From NCBI GenBank assembly GCA_041937175.2, contig CP166615.1, forward strand, positions 640,001 through 704,000: a stretch of DNA of 64,000 bases, given 5' to 3'. The notes below the pieces were generated by a model. The model made no database searches. It was not told the origin of the DNA and saw nothing but the letters and a program-made list of their open reading frames with translations. The DNA is from Limnothrix sp. BL-A-16 (lineage in GTDB: Bacteria; Cyanobacteriota; Cyanobacteriia; CACIAM-69d). The first letter of the stretch is position 1. Each line of letters starts with the position of its first letter. Of the stretch, positions 21,043 to 32,069 are shown piece by piece. Position numbers and translations under genes: made by a program.

Positions 21043-21479
21043 CAGCCGGATTGATTCGCTACAAAAAAGGGGTGGTTACTCAGTTGGCCGGGTTGCCAAT
21101 GGCCGGGTTGCCGACCGGTCGCGGCTCATCAGTCACGGTTCATAGCCGGGCGATCGGCTGGGGGCGAGATCGCCCGGTTGCCATTGCCTTGTCGCCTGTG
21201 TCATCGCCACGTCGTGAATAATTGGGATCCACGCGAGAGACCATTAGTGTAGAGCCGGAGTGGGAACTTGCGATCAAACAGCGCCAATAAGTCAGCTTTT
21301 GCTTACGGATTTGATCGATCGAGCATGGCATCATCCCATCCTTATCCCATCCTTCCCACCCACCGATCGCACGCAAACAACCATTGCCAATCGATTCGCA
21401 ACGACGCGATCGACCCTCCAAAAGCAATCCCAGGCAATCCCGATCAACCACTCCACTCAACCAACCCCACAACCTCCAT

Positions 21480-21511
21480 AAAGAAAGGGCCCGGCAGCAC
21501 CAGACCCTCTC
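21480..21511 (-). terminator. Probable psbM terminator
   Basis: Minus strand GAGAGGGTCTGG-tgctg-CCGGGCCCTTTC then TTT. Confidence 0.65.
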
Positions 21512-21641
21512 CCAAACGGATTTTAAAAAACTTTCCTTGCTTACCGCCCCAACGCCACTTCCGATCGCAACAGATCAGAACTGGCGAGTTGAAAACGATC
21601 ACAACTCAACTGTTGATTAGACCCAAGCGAGCCTTGGCCAA

Positions 21642-21755
21642 TTAGCCCTTGCTGTTTTCGCGGCTGGCGGTTTGGATGTAGAGAATCAACAAAAAGGCGG
21701 CAGGAATTGCCACAAACAGAATGCTGGCAATGAAGCCGAGATCATTAACTTGCAT
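21642..21755 (-). CDS. psbM: Photosystem II reaction centre protein M (37 aa, not in the ORF track)
   Basis: Manual translation [37 protein letters not shown]. Confidence 0.95.
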   Translation of the reverse strand: MQVNDLGFIASILFVAIPAAFLLILYIQTASRENSKG

Positions 21756-23375
21756 GGAATGATGCCTCTAGGTGTCTTTTGAAGTGTTGGTTGACCCCGC
21801 GCTAGGGCAGGGAGCTGAGACCCAAGCCGTCGAATTGATGGCTGGGGGCCCTCAGTGGATGGATGCTGTCCAGTCTACCAAAGGCTGCTCGCTCCATTGG
21901 CTGGAAGTGGCCGGATTGGCCCAGGGCGATCGGGCAGCGGTTTCCCAAGCGCATTCCTGCACGTTTTTTAGGATACACCGGGCTAATTTGCGGCAATTGA
22001 TGGCGCTTGATAGAGATTGATGGCGCTTTGCGGTGCTCGACCCGATCGCGGGATGATCACGAATCGGGGTCATTCCCGCAAGAACACGAAGCAAGTGCTG
22101 ATTGGGTGACTGCGAATCGACGGTCAATCAACAAGAAATTGCCGATCAATCAACGGCTGCGCGAGTACCGAATAATACCCCGCCAACCTCGCCCAACACG
22201 GAACCACCCATGATTCAGCCCGATCGCCTTGCTTCGGAGGCGATCGCGTGCTAGGACTAGGCGGGGTGGTTGCGGACAATCCGCCATTAACCAAGACTTA
22301 ACCCCTCCGGGTGCTCTCTTCATGCGGTGTTTGGGCATTTTAGCGGTAACATCCTGAAGGCTCTGACCCAAAGTCTCAACCCCCAGCCGATGGTTTTAAA
22401 GCTGTCAGCTTAGGGTTAGTTACTTCGTCAAAGTCTTTTGATTTCACAGCGTTTGTTCAGAAAAATCAACCACTCAAATTCGAGTGAAGTCTTCTAAACT
22501 AACACTGCCATTGTTGCTGATCATGATCAATGATGTCCAAACCCAAAATCTGAATTCTTTGAATCATTCTCCAATTAGCTTCCAAAGTCTTCTTCAAAAA
22601 TTCTCAAAGGATTTTCCCAGCGCCAAATGCCATCCTGATCAAGTCCTTCCGCAGGATTGATAACGCTTCCAAAAGCTTAAGGATCATAGACTTTCGCTTG
22701 CTTTGACTGCGTTGCAATTGCATTGATTTCAAAGAGCCAGGAATCTCAACGGGATCAAACAGCCCTCTGGAGGGACTTAGAGACATTGATGCAAAAATGC
22801 TGCTAAAAATGTCGCATTCAATCGGTTGATTGCCTGTTGCCAAGGATTTCAAGATAGGTTTGCATCGGTTTCAAGATAGGTGGGCTTGCGGTAGGCTGGC
22901 TTACCTCTAGGGCCACCCATGAACCATTCAAGGGTGATTCAATTCAAGAGCAATTAATGAATTGATTAATAGTCTGGCTAACGAGCTGGTCTAATTAATC
23001 TGTCTGATTACTCAATTCATTGATTTATGAGTCGTTATGAATTCATCCGGATCTCATACCCCATTCTGGATGAACTAACTATGGTCAGTCACCAGACTCA
23101 ACGATCGATTGCTGCTGAATTTTGCTGATTTTTAGGGTCACGAATTTCAGTTCTGTCATCGTTAAAAAAGTCACCCCCATTGCACCAGTTTTACGGAGAG
23201 GGGTAATCCTCCCTACTGCCCCTAGCACATTGCCGAATCACAAGCAAATTGCTAGAACCTTGGGGGATTTGGGTTTCTTGCAACCCAGACCATGCTGGGG
23301 GATCACATCGTGTATCAGGGTGCAGCCCACTAGCTTAACTATCCATTTCTGCTTAACTGCGCTCACTCACTGGTT

Positions 23376-23792
23376 TTGATGAACGCTTTCCAGCCCCAGC
23401 ATCGTCCTGATCCACCGGTACAACGCCGACCCAGGTTGCGCCCCAAGCAACTGCCGAAGTCTGCGTCCTATCGCTCGATCGCGCTGGAAAGCCTGTTCAA
23501 GCTGTCCGTTAACAGCTTGTTGGCGCTCATTGCGATCGTGGCGCTGGTGCAGTGGATTCCGCTCTATGCCACCCGTCGGGCAGAATTGCGACAACTGCAA
23601 GCGGAGGTGCGCCTGGTGGAAACCCGCGTGCAGACCTTGCGATCGGAAATGACCCAAAATTTTGACCCCGCGCGCAATCGAGCCACCGTTGAAGCGGAAA
23701 CGGGCCGTGTGCCCCTCAATCAGCGGCCGGTGCGATGGCAGCCCGATCGCCCCAGTCAGCCCGACTTTGAAGAAGGGGACGGCCTCCCTTAG
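23376..23792 (+). CDS. Conserved cyanobacterial TM + coiled-coil protein (Slr1601/DivIC-like)
   Basis: Basic N-terminus, single TM, coiled coil ending NFDP. Confidence 0.6.
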   Translation: MMNAFQPQHRPDPPVQRRPRLRPKQLPKSASYRSIALESLFKLSVNSLLALIAIVALVQWIPLYATRRAELRQLQAEVRLVETRVQTLRSEMTQNFDPARNRATVEAETGRVPLNQRPVRWQPDRPSQPDFEEGDGLP

Positions 23793-23910
23793 GCAATCCT
23801 GAAAATCGCCCCGCCGCCCGTTGCTTCCTGGGGCCGATTGGCCAGCCACCATGGGCCCTGCGGTAGCATTAGCCATGGTTCACAAATCGCAGTGATTTCC
23901 TTAGGTTCCT

Positions 23911-24366
23911 ATGGCTATTCAAGTGGGCGATCGCGCGCCGGATTTTTCCCTGCCAACTCAAACGGGTGAAACCATTACCCTGAGCCAGTTTTCGGGTAAA
24001 CAACCCGTCGTGCTCTACTTTTACCCCAAGGACGACACGCCCGGCTGCACGATCGAAGCCTGCGCTTTCCGCGATAGCTACGAAGCCTTTCAAGGGGCCG
24101 GTGCAGCAGTGATTGGCGTGAGCAGCGACTCCGTGGATTCCCACAAAACGTTCGCGGAAAAATATAGTCTGCCCTTCGCCCTCGTGAGCGATCGCGATGG
24201 GGCCCTGCGCAAGGCCTATGGTGTCCCGAACACGCTGTTTGTGGTTCCGGGCCGGGTTACCTACGTCATCGACAAAGCGGGCATTGTGCGCCACCAGTTC
24301 AACGATCTGTTGAATGCCAAGGGCCACGTGACCGAAGCGCTCAAAATTGTGCAAGGGTTGGGCTAG
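23911..24366 (+). CDS. Peroxiredoxin Q / BCP
   Basis: YFYPKDDTPGCTIEACAFRD, GRVTYVID. Confidence 0.95.
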   Translation: MAIQVGDRAPDFSLPTQTGETITLSQFSGKQPVVLYFYPKDDTPGCTIEACAFRDSYEAFQGAGAAVIGVSSDSVDSHKTFAEKYSLPFALVSDRDGALRKAYGVPNTLFVVPGRVTYVIDKAGIVRHQFNDLLNAKGHVTEALKIVQGLG

Positions 24367-24454
24367 CCCCCCGAAGGGTCACCCCCAGGATCATTTCCAT
24401 CCCAAACCGCTATCCTAGACAACCATCACTGGCGACACGACAAGCACATTCATC

Positions 24455-24937
24455 ATGGCAACCATCACCGATCTCTCAGTCAAAACCATTGACGGCGAAG
24501 ACCGTGCCCTCAGCAGCTATCAAGGGCAGGTGCTTTTGATTGTGAACGTGGCTTCCTATTGTGGCTACACGCCGCAATATCAAGGACTTCAGGCCTTGCA
24601 TGAAAAATATAGTGCCCAAGGTCTGCGGATTTTGGCCTTTCCTTGCAACGATTTTGGTTCCCAAGAACCCGGAACCAATGACCAAATTAAGACCTTCTGC
24701 TCAACGCGCTACAGCGTGACCTTTGAGCTGTTTGACAAGGTACATGCCAAGGGAGCCGAGCAACACCCGCTCTATGCCCGCCTGACCTCGGGATCCGAAC
24801 CAACTGGGGATGTGGCTTGGAACTTTGAAAAGTTTCTGATTGGTAAAAATGGCGAAATCCTGGGTCGTTTCCCCAGCCGCATTGCACCGGATTCGGCTGA
24901 ATTGATCGGCGCGATCGAGCAGGCCCTTTCTGCCTAA
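24455..24937 (+). CDS. Glutathione peroxidase-like protein
   Basis: VNVASYCGYT, FPCNDFGSQEPG, WNFEKFL. Confidence 0.95.
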   Translation: MATITDLSVKTIDGEDRALSSYQGQVLLIVNVASYCGYTPQYQGLQALHEKYSAQGLRILAFPCNDFGSQEPGTNDQIKTFCSTRYSVTFELFDKVHAKGAEQHPLYARLTSGSEPTGDVAWNFEKFLIGKNGEILGRFPSRIAPDSAELIGAIEQALSA

Positions 24938-24989
24938 ATTCGGTCTGGATTGAGCACGGCATTCAAGCCTAGTGATCGCTTGGTTCCTA

Positions 24990-25132
24990 GGGTCTATCGT
25001 CACTTCCTGGGATCCAGTGAAAACGGTTGATCTTCCATACCCGAACCACCCTAGACAAGGGGCTTCAGCCCCTTGCCCCCCACGATCCGCCAACGCTGGA
25101 ACCAGGGCTTCAGGCGTTTTGACGACACCCTC
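24990..25132 (+). mobile_element. ~142 bp MITE, copy 1
   Basis: TA|GGGTCTATCGTCA...TGACGACACCCTC|TA; internal AAACGGTTGATCTTC and CAAGGGGCTTCAGCCCCTTG hairpin. Confidence 0.8.
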
Positions 25133-25468
25133 TAATGACTCATCCCTGATCTGGCTTCTGGATTGCTACGGTTTGATTTTTGATGTGGATTGCAGTGAGG
25201 ATAGGAACTTTTTAGAGAGTCCCTATCCTTCTCTGTAACTCCTCGATCGCCCGTTGAGCTGCTCCTGATTTAGCCATTCTTTAGCCATTGATCGCCATCC
25301 CTCGGAACTAATTCAATCGCCACCAGCTTCTTCAGCATTCTCCAAAACCATCTCTAAGCGTTTGTTTGCACTTCTCCCGATCGCCTTCTGAGCATTCTAG
25401 CCAGCCCTACTCTGCTTGATGACTGTTTGCACTGGTCGTTGATGATTGGTCAATCCAAGGACAATCCT

Positions 25469-26128
25469 ATGGCTCCAAATTCTCGGAACTACGCCCTTAG
25501 TAAACCCGGGCTAGGGATCCTCTCGCTGGTTTTGGGTTTTGGTTTGGGAACGATGGGAGCATTGGCCGCAATACCCACCCCAGCCACGCCTAAATCCACC
25601 ACGTTTGATCAACAGGAAGTTGACCAATCACGCTTTATTGCCATTGCCCAACCCCTCGGCACGGATTCTTTCAAGCTGTTAGTTCTAGAACAAGTCTCTA
25701 ATCAGCGGCTTTGCTGGGCCGAAAGTGGCAGCTATCCCGTAGTGGTTGATCCATTGCTGGTTAACTTCAATTTCACGGGTATTTGTGGCCGCAGTATTGA
25801 TAGCAATGGCTTTTCAGTTCGAGTAGCCAAACGTGATTTAGGGTTGCAATATTCCCTACGTCTCAGCCGTCGATTTAATTCAGTGGTGTTGCAAGGCGTG
25901 CCTTTCGGTGCCAATGGTGGCCCGGTGATGGACATTGCCAGCACCCGAGGATTCACTTCTGGATTTTTGAAGCTGCAACTTTTTCCCGGATGGCGATTCA
26001 CCAAACGCTCCTATCAAGGCCGTCCATTGGGCCATGTTTACTTCACCAATGATTCCTTTGATTCGGCGGTGACTCCCAAGGAAAACTCGGAGCGATCGCC
26101 CAGAAAGCTCCAGCCAACTGCCAATTAA
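25469..26128 (+). CDS. DUF3747 domain exported protein
   Basis: Signal peptide, FDQQEVDQSRFIAIA, LCWAESG, VDPLLVNFNFTGICGRSIDSNGFSVR. Confidence 0.8.
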   Translation: MAPNSRNYALSKPGLGILSLVLGFGLGTMGALAAIPTPATPKSTTFDQQEVDQSRFIAIAQPLGTDSFKLLVLEQVSNQRLCWAESGSYPVVVDPLLVNFNFTGICGRSIDSNGFSVRVAKRDLGLQYSLRLSRRFNSVVLQGVPFGANGGPVMDIASTRGFTSGFLKLQLFPGWRFTKRSYQGRPLGHVYFTNDSFDSAVTPKENSERSPRKLQPTAN

Positions 26129-26206
26129 ACTGAAGCACAGCTTAACCCTATTCATGGGCGATCGAGATTGACAGCGATCGCCTCAGTGGTGAGTGCAATG
26201 GTGCAA

Positions 26207-26587
26207 TTATGGTGCGATTTCGGGTTCTATTCCCGATTGGCCGATTCCCGGTGGCCCGATTTCTGATTCCGATTGGGTTGCCAACTCAGGCTCAAAAACC
26301 TGGGAAATTTGCGACCCAGACCAATCCGCAATCAGGGATTCTGCCTGATCGGGATTAGTGTAAATCAGTTCCAGCAAGGCCCCAGGATCTTGGCCGATCG
26401 CCCGGGCATAGAACCCCACTTCGGCCATAATTCGCCCTTCCGACTGCCGCAAATACATCGACAGGCAGTGATGTGCCTGATTGTTGCGGCTGCGCTGGGT
26501 TCGGAAAAAGGCCAACGCCGACAGCAACCGATCCTCATAAGGGGCCAAAGGACGCAGGGCGATCAGCTCGGGGGGTAAAGGCTCCAT
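26207..26587 (-). CDS. Hypothetical protein
   Basis: Globular-looking ORF from ATG 26587 (LAPYEDRLL...HHCLSMYLRQSE). Confidence 0.6.
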   Translation of the reverse strand: MEPLPPELIALRPLAPYEDRLLSALAFFRTQRSRNNQAHHCLSMYLRQSEGRIMAEVGFYARAIGQDPGALLELIYTNPDQAESLIADWSGSQISQVFEPELATQSESEIGPPGIGQSGIEPEIAP

Positions 26588-26773
26588 GGCTCGGGGGGGT
26601 GAAGTGGAAAAGCAACCGCTCAAACGTCCCTAGTGGCATGACAGGCTTAATACATTGGGTCAAAGTTGCGAAGCCAGCCGTGGTAACAAGGGGCTTGAGC
26701 ATCTTGCTGCCTAACGATCAGGTGACGGTAACAGCCATGTAATTTAGCCCAACGAATTGAGGCAGCCACGCTA

Positions 26774-28354
26774 CTAGGGCATTTTGATCAGCTCGCGGCT
26801 CGGGGTTTTTGGGGCGATCGGGGCTGAAAGAGCCGCCTCCAAAGAGCTGCGGCCCAACCGACGCTCCAAAATTCGCATCACTTCCCGGCCGAAGTCATTG
26901 CTGTTGCTGCGCCAGGCTTCCAGGCACACTTCCCCAAAAAACGACCCCAATGGCTCTGGGTTCCAGAGCAGTTTCCGCGCCGTCCAAGGCATCAGGCTCA
27001 TGGGGTCATACCCGGGTTTCAGAATTTCCTTCTTGAGGGCATATTCTTCCAAGTGAGTATGGGGTTGCAAGCCAATGAAGAAAATTGCTGGCTCCACCTT
27101 GTCAGCCCCAAAAATTTCCTCCAGGGCCCGATGATAGGCAATGGTTTGGCGAATGGTTTCATGGGTCTCATCAATCACATTGAAGGAGTAATTAACCGAA
27201 ACCACATCCTCAAAACCAGCCGCTTTTAGGTCACGACAATTTTGCAGAACCGTGCGCAAGTTATAGCCCATGCGCATTTTGCGAACCAGTTCTTGGGATC
27301 CGCTCGTAATCCCAATTTCAAAATAGTTCATGCCCGTTTTCACCATCAGATCACAGAGTTCTGGATCGAGGTTGTCGGCGCGGATATAGGCAGCCCAATG
27401 AATATCCGTCATGCCAGCCGCCAGGACTTTTCTGAGCAGTTCTTTGGCATCTTCAATGAAGCGCCGAGCCGGAATAAATTGGGCATCGGTGAACCAAAAG
27501 TTGCGAACACCCAATTGATAAAGCTGCTGCATTTCTGCAACCACTTCAACGGCTGGGTTAATCCGAACTTGCTTACCCTCAATGACGGTATAGACGCAAT
27601 AGCAGCAGTTATGGGGGCAACCGCGCTTGGTTTGCACGCCGATATAAAAGTCCCGATCGCGAAAATAGTAGCTAAAGGCCGGCCAGATCGTTTGAATGTA
27701 GGCGTAGTTACAGGCGGTTTTTTCCAAGGGCGCAGGTGGTTCATGCACCAGGCCTGCCCGGGGCTTCGTTTCCCCAGCAATGTAACAACGTTCTTGGTCT
27801 AAGGACTCGCCTCGCAGCAGTTTTTCCAGCAGGGTTTCCCCTTCCCCAACAGAGACGATCGTGCCCTTGGGAAGCGATCGCTGCAACTGTTCATAGAACA
27901 CACTGACGGCCCCACCGCCCACCACCGCCCGGGCGCTGGAATGGTAGCGTCGGGCCCGGCGTAATCCCCGCCGAATCAGGCCCTGATTGCGCCAGAGTTC
28001 CGCATAGTAAGCACTGGTGACCCGCAAACCACCCAAGGCTCCCCGAAGCTTGATCAGGGGGTTTTTGGCGTAATAAAACTCGAAGGCATTTTGCAGCGGA
28101 TTGCCACCGCGGCCGCCCACGGGTGCATAGATCTGAATATCGCGCCAGGAAAAAACCAGCAGGGTGGGCCGGAAGGCATCGATTTCCGCATCAAGGGCCG
28201 CTTTGAAGTCCAAGGGCGGCACGGTTCCCAGGTCAAAGAGCCGCTGCTCGATCGCGGGGAACTGCTTGTGTACGTGGTCAGCGAGATAAACCACCCCGAT
28301 CGGGAAGATGGGGTTACAGGGCAGTCGGACGTACAAAATGCGATCGGCCATCAT
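26774..28354 (-). CDS. B12-binding-like radical SAM protein (Slr0320-type, PSII high-light acclimation)
   Basis: RILYVRLPCNPIFPIGVVYLADH; KRGCPHNCCYC CxxxCxxC. Confidence 0.85.
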   Translation of the reverse strand: MMADRILYVRLPCNPIFPIGVVYLADHVHKQFPAIEQRLFDLGTVPPLDFKAALDAEIDAFRPTLLVFSWRDIQIYAPVGGRGGNPLQNAFEFYYAKNPLIKLRGALGGLRVTSAYYAELWRNQGLIRRGLRRARRYHSSARAVVGGGAVSVFYEQLQRSLPKGTIVSVGEGETLLEKLLRGESLDQERCYIAGETKPRAGLVHEPPAPLEKTACNYAYIQTIWPAFSYYFRDRDFYIGVQTKRGCPHNCCYCVYTVIEGKQVRINPAVEVVAEMQQLYQLGVRNFWFTDAQFIPARRFIEDAKELLRKVLAAGMTDIHWAAYIRADNLDPELCDLMVKTGMNYFEIGITSGSQELVRKMRMGYNLRTVLQNCRDLKAAGFEDVVSVNYSFNVIDETHETIRQTIAYHRALEEIFGADKVEPAIFFIGLQPHTHLEEYALKKEILKPGYDPMSLMPWTARKLLWNPEPLGSFFGEVCLEAWRSNSNDFGREVMRILERRLGRSSLEAALSAPIAPKTPSRELIKMP

Positions 28355-28937
28355 CCACTTCCCTAACTGTCGCAACGGATCATTAAGGCTTGTTCATATA
28401 AGTTAACGATAACATCAGACCTTGGCCGGATTTCACCCGAGCCACCCTTTCAGGCTAATTTTCTTCAAAAATTGGGCCCATACGAGTCGTCCCTGGGGTC
28501 TCCAGATCGTAGCGGGTGGGCCTTGTCCGTTAGCAAATGGTGACGATTCCACGCCTTGAATCGTCAAGCTCCCACGATTTCGGGAGCCTTGAGCTAGCAT
28601 GAAAGAATAGATCAACTGGCAACTGAACCGATTGGTAAGCGTTGATCAAATTCATAGAATTTGCAGAGAGCTTCACCAGAAATTCGAGGAAGTTTGAGGG
28701 AGGTTTTATTTGAATTTTTCAGAAAATCAGGCCCTTTTCAAAGCTTGTGATCAATAGAGCTTAGGTTGTGGGAGATTGCAATTGAGCCGCTACTTTCAGC
28801 TCAGTTGAGACCCATTTTAGTTGAGATTTGGTTGATCCTTAATCGAGCCTTGGCTGAGTCTTGTCAGGATCTTGATTTGGAAAATTGATATTCGTTAGAT
28901 TTTCTTAAAGATTTGAAAATTGAAAAGCTACTCGTTG

Positions 28938-28979
28938 GTAATCGGGTTTACAGCTTGTTGGCAAAGGGGGTGTTAGCGT
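28938..28979 (+). promoter_or_regulatory. NtcA-activated-type promoter
   Basis: GTA-atcgggtt-TAC (28938-28951), 22-nt spacer, TAGCGT -10 (28974-28979) preceded by TG. Confidence 0.6.
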
Positions 28980-29031
28980 AGCGAAATCGTTCTATTCCCT
29001 TGATCTACCCTTGGCTCCTATCCCTGCAACC

Positions 29032-29391
29032 ATGGCACAAATTATCGATCCCATTCCCAATGACGATCGGCAAAAGCTCCTTTGCTGCTACGTCAATGCC
29101 ACGAGCAAGATTCAGGTTGCTCGGATCACGAACATTGCGAATTGGTATTTTGAACGGGTGGTTTTTCCGGGGCAGCGCTTGGTTTTTGAAGCACTGCCAG
29201 AAGCCCAACTGGAAATTCACACGGGCATGATGGCTAGCTCAATTCTTTCTGATCGCATTCCCTGTTTAGAATTGTCTTTTGAGGAAGACATGGAGAGTCT
29301 CATTGACTCGCCCGATCGTGCGAATGAAACCGTTAATCGGGAAACCGAAACCCGTTCCGATCCGGAACCGGCCGTTTCGGTTGGGGCCTAG
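29032..29391 (+). CDS. DUF1830 domain protein
   Basis: LCCYVNATSKIQVARITNIANWYFERVVFPGQRLVFEA. Confidence 0.85.
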   Translation: MAQIIDPIPNDDRQKLLCCYVNATSKIQVARITNIANWYFERVVFPGQRLVFEALPEAQLEIHTGMMASSILSDRIPCLELSFEEDMESLIDSPDRANETVNRETETRSDPEPAVSVGA

Positions 29392-29689
29392 TGACCCATT
29401 AGTTGCTGGTCCAAAGACCGCCCAGAGGAGTAATGAGGCGGTCAGGGGGGACAGCTCGGGTCGGGCTTGGTGTGATGGATACGACGCTGAAGGTAGTGCT
29501 GAATTCTGAGGCCATGGCACTAGATGAGCAGCGCGAGACAGGCAGCGTAGATGTTAGGCTCGATGGAAGCGCTGCTATGGATCTCCGATGGTTAAGAAAT
29601 GCTGTGACATTTTGTTAACTGATTGTTAATTCATCGGGTGCTCCATCTCATCTTGCCATTTCAGTTTTGAGCAACTTGAGCGAATTGAT

Positions 29690-30157
29690 TTGAACCTGCC
29701 GGATTTTTTGTGGCTGTGGCGAATTGCCGCATGGTCAATGGGCCTGACGCTGACGGCCTATAGTTTGCTGGGTGTGACGGGAGTGGTGTTGAGGCGCGAT
29801 CGCTTAAGGTCTAGCGATCGCGCCTTAGCTATGGCAACTATGGCAACCATTCCAAGCTGGCTGCGGCCGTTGCACATCACCCTGGGCATTGGGTTGGTGG
29901 CGTTGGTGTTGCTGTTGCTGGGGGTGGGAATTGTCGGCACGCTGGGGCATTTTGGCCGCTTGGGCCACTCGCCCCACCTGCTGGCGGGGTTGACCGTGGT
30001 GGGGTTGGCGGGCTTGTCGGCTTGGAGTGCGAGCCGGATTGCGATCGAGCGTCCTTGGGCCCGATCGCTCCATTGGCGCACCAATTTGGTTTTGTGCTTG
30101 GCCTTGCTGTGGGTATTGGGAACGGGTTGGACTGTGGTGCAGAAGTACCTGCCCTAG
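29690..30157 (+). CDS. DUF4079 family membrane protein (TTG start)
   Basis: NLPDFLWLWRIAAWSMG, GTLGHFGRLGHSPH; four TM segments. Confidence 0.75.
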   Translation: MNLPDFLWLWRIAAWSMGLTLTAYSLLGVTGVVLRRDRLRSSDRALAMATMATIPSWLRPLHITLGIGLVALVLLLLGVGIVGTLGHFGRLGHSPHLLAGLTVVGLAGLSAWSASRIAIERPWARSLHWRTNLVLCLALLWVLGTGWTVVQKYLP

Positions 30158-30164
30158 CCGTTGA

Positions 30165-31580
30165 TTAACCCTGTTGAGCAGCGATCGCGGTCTGATGTCG
30201 ATCGCGGGCGGCGGCCAAGGCCTCTCGCACCTGTGCAAACCCCGTTCCCCCAAAGCTATTGCGGGCGGCAATCACCTGCTGAGGCGCGATCGCCCCATAA
30301 ATATCGGCCTCAAATGCCGGGTGCAGCGCCTGCCATTCTTCGAGGGTCAAATCCTTCAGCAGCTTGCCCGCCTCCAAGCAGGTGCGCACCACCTTGCCCA
30401 CCAGGTTATAGGCTTCCCGGAAGGGCACGCCCTTCGCGGCCAAATAATCCGCCACGTCCGTCGCATTCGAGAAATCTTCGCTGACGGCCGCTTCCAACCG
30501 AGCTGTGCGGAAGCTCAATCCTTCGGAGAACAGAATGGTCATGGCTTCCAAGCAGCCTTGAACCGTCTTCACCGTGTCAAAGAGCGCTTCTTTATCCTCT
30601 TGCAGGTCTTTGTTGTAGGCCAGAGGCAACCCCTTCATCAGCACCAACAGGGCTTGCAGATGGCCAAATACGCGCCCGGTTTTGCCGCGCACCAATTCCG
30701 GCACGTCAGGGTTTTTCTTTTGGGGCATGATGCTGGAACCGGTGGAGCAGGTGTCGCCCAGTTTCACAAACCCAAATTCCTCAGAACACCAGAGGATCAC
30801 TTCCTCCGAGAGGCGCGACAGGTGAACCATGATCAAGCTGGCGGCGCAGAGAAACTCCACGGCAAAATCCCGATCGCTCACCCCATCGAGGCTATTGGCG
30901 TAGGGGTGATCGAACCCCAGCAGTTGGGCGGTGTAGTGGCGGTCGATCGGGAACGTTGTGCCCGCCAGGGCCCCGCTGCCCAAGGGACAAAGATTGGTGC
31001 GGCGGCGAATTTCGCCCAACCGCTCCCAGTCGCGAGCCGTCATTTCCACATAGGCCAGCAGGTGATGGGCCAGGCTCACCGGTTGGGCCCGTTGCAGGTG
31101 GGTGTAGCCCGGAATTGGCGTTTCCACATAGGTTTCCGCCAAAGTTAGCAGGGCCCCTTGGAACTCAAGCAATTGCTGGCGAATTTGGTCAATTTGGTTT
31201 CGCAAATACAGGCGCGTATCGGTTCCCACCTGATCATTGCGCGATCGAGCCGTGTGCAGCTTTTTGCCCGCATCGCCAATCAGTTCCGTGAGCCGTCGTT
31301 CCACCGCAAAGTGGACATCCTCCGCTTCCACACCCGGGTTGAACTGACCGGCACGATATTCCTGGCGAATTTGCTCTAAACCCGCCACAATCTGCTCGGC
31401 TTCCTCGGGGGCAATAATCCCCTGGTGACCCAACATCCGGGCATGGGACTGGGAACCGGTCAAATCATATTCAATTAGTTCAATATCAAACCCGATACTG
31501 GCATTAAAACGGGCGATCGCCGGATGCAACGCGCTTTCAAAACGTTGACTCCAGGTTTGGGTTTGGCTGGAATTGCTCAT
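30165..31580 (-). CDS. argH: Argininosuccinate lyase
   Basis: [35 protein letters not shown]. Confidence 0.97.
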   Translation of the reverse strand: MSNSSQTQTWSQRFESALHPAIARFNASIGFDIELIEYDLTGSQSHARMLGHQGIIAPEEAEQIVAGLEQIRQEYRAGQFNPGVEAEDVHFAVERRLTELIGDAGKKLHTARSRNDQVGTDTRLYLRNQIDQIRQQLLEFQGALLTLAETYVETPIPGYTHLQRAQPVSLAHHLLAYVEMTARDWERLGEIRRRTNLCPLGSGALAGTTFPIDRHYTAQLLGFDHPYANSLDGVSDRDFAVEFLCAASLIMVHLSRLSEEVILWCSEEFGFVKLGDTCSTGSSIMPQKKNPDVPELVRGKTGRVFGHLQALLVLMKGLPLAYNKDLQEDKEALFDTVKTVQGCLEAMTILFSEGLSFRTARLEAAVSEDFSNATDVADYLAAKGVPFREAYNLVGKVVRTCLEAGKLLKDLTLEEWQALHPAFEADIYGAIAPQQVIAARNSFGGTGFAQVREALAAARDRHQTAIAAQQG

Positions 31581-31725
31581 GGTGGGCAAGGGATCGACCG
31601 CCGCTCACGACAGTCAAAAGTGGCAATCAGGAACGGCAATCAGTATCCCATGCCAACGTTAAGGAAATGTGCTTATTGCGACGACAATCCCCAGCTTGCT
31701 GCCCACCATCGAAGCGGCATCTTCC

Positions 31726-32061
31726 TTAACCGTAGGTGGTGGCTTGGCGAATGATATATCCCAACACCAGACCGATCAGCATGGCCCAGATTTGCCCTGT
31801 TTGCACAAAATGAGACCAAAATCGCTGAACTTGACCCACAAAATCGGGAGTTTCAAACTGAGCCGCAAAGAGCGTGGGATGGGCCAGGCTGGGGCCGCCG
31901 GCCATCGCCCCTTGGGCCAAGCTGCCCAACAGGCACACCCCTAAGCAGCCAATCACAGCCCAAAGCAAGGCATTGACCCAGCTCGATCGTCGATCGACCC
32001 GCAGCCAGCGCCGTCGCCCAGTGGAATTAACGGGCGGTTGGGAAGATGTTTCAGAATCCAT
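31726..32061 (-). CDS. Small hypothetical membrane protein
   Basis: Two hydrophobic segments; C-terminal FVQTGQIWAMLIGLVLGY. Confidence 0.65.
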   Translation of the reverse strand: MDSETSSQPPVNSTGRRRWLRVDRRSSWVNALLWAVIGCLGVCLLGSLAQGAMAGGPSLAHPTLFAAQFETPDFVGQVQRFWSHFVQTGQIWAMLIGLVLGYIIRQATTYG

Positions 32062-32069
32062 GGAATGAC

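Noticed and set aside
29603..29630. TGTTAA direct repeat (11-bp spacing) upstream of DUF4079 as a Pho box
   Set aside because: Only two units and a poor fit to the YTTAAYYW consensus
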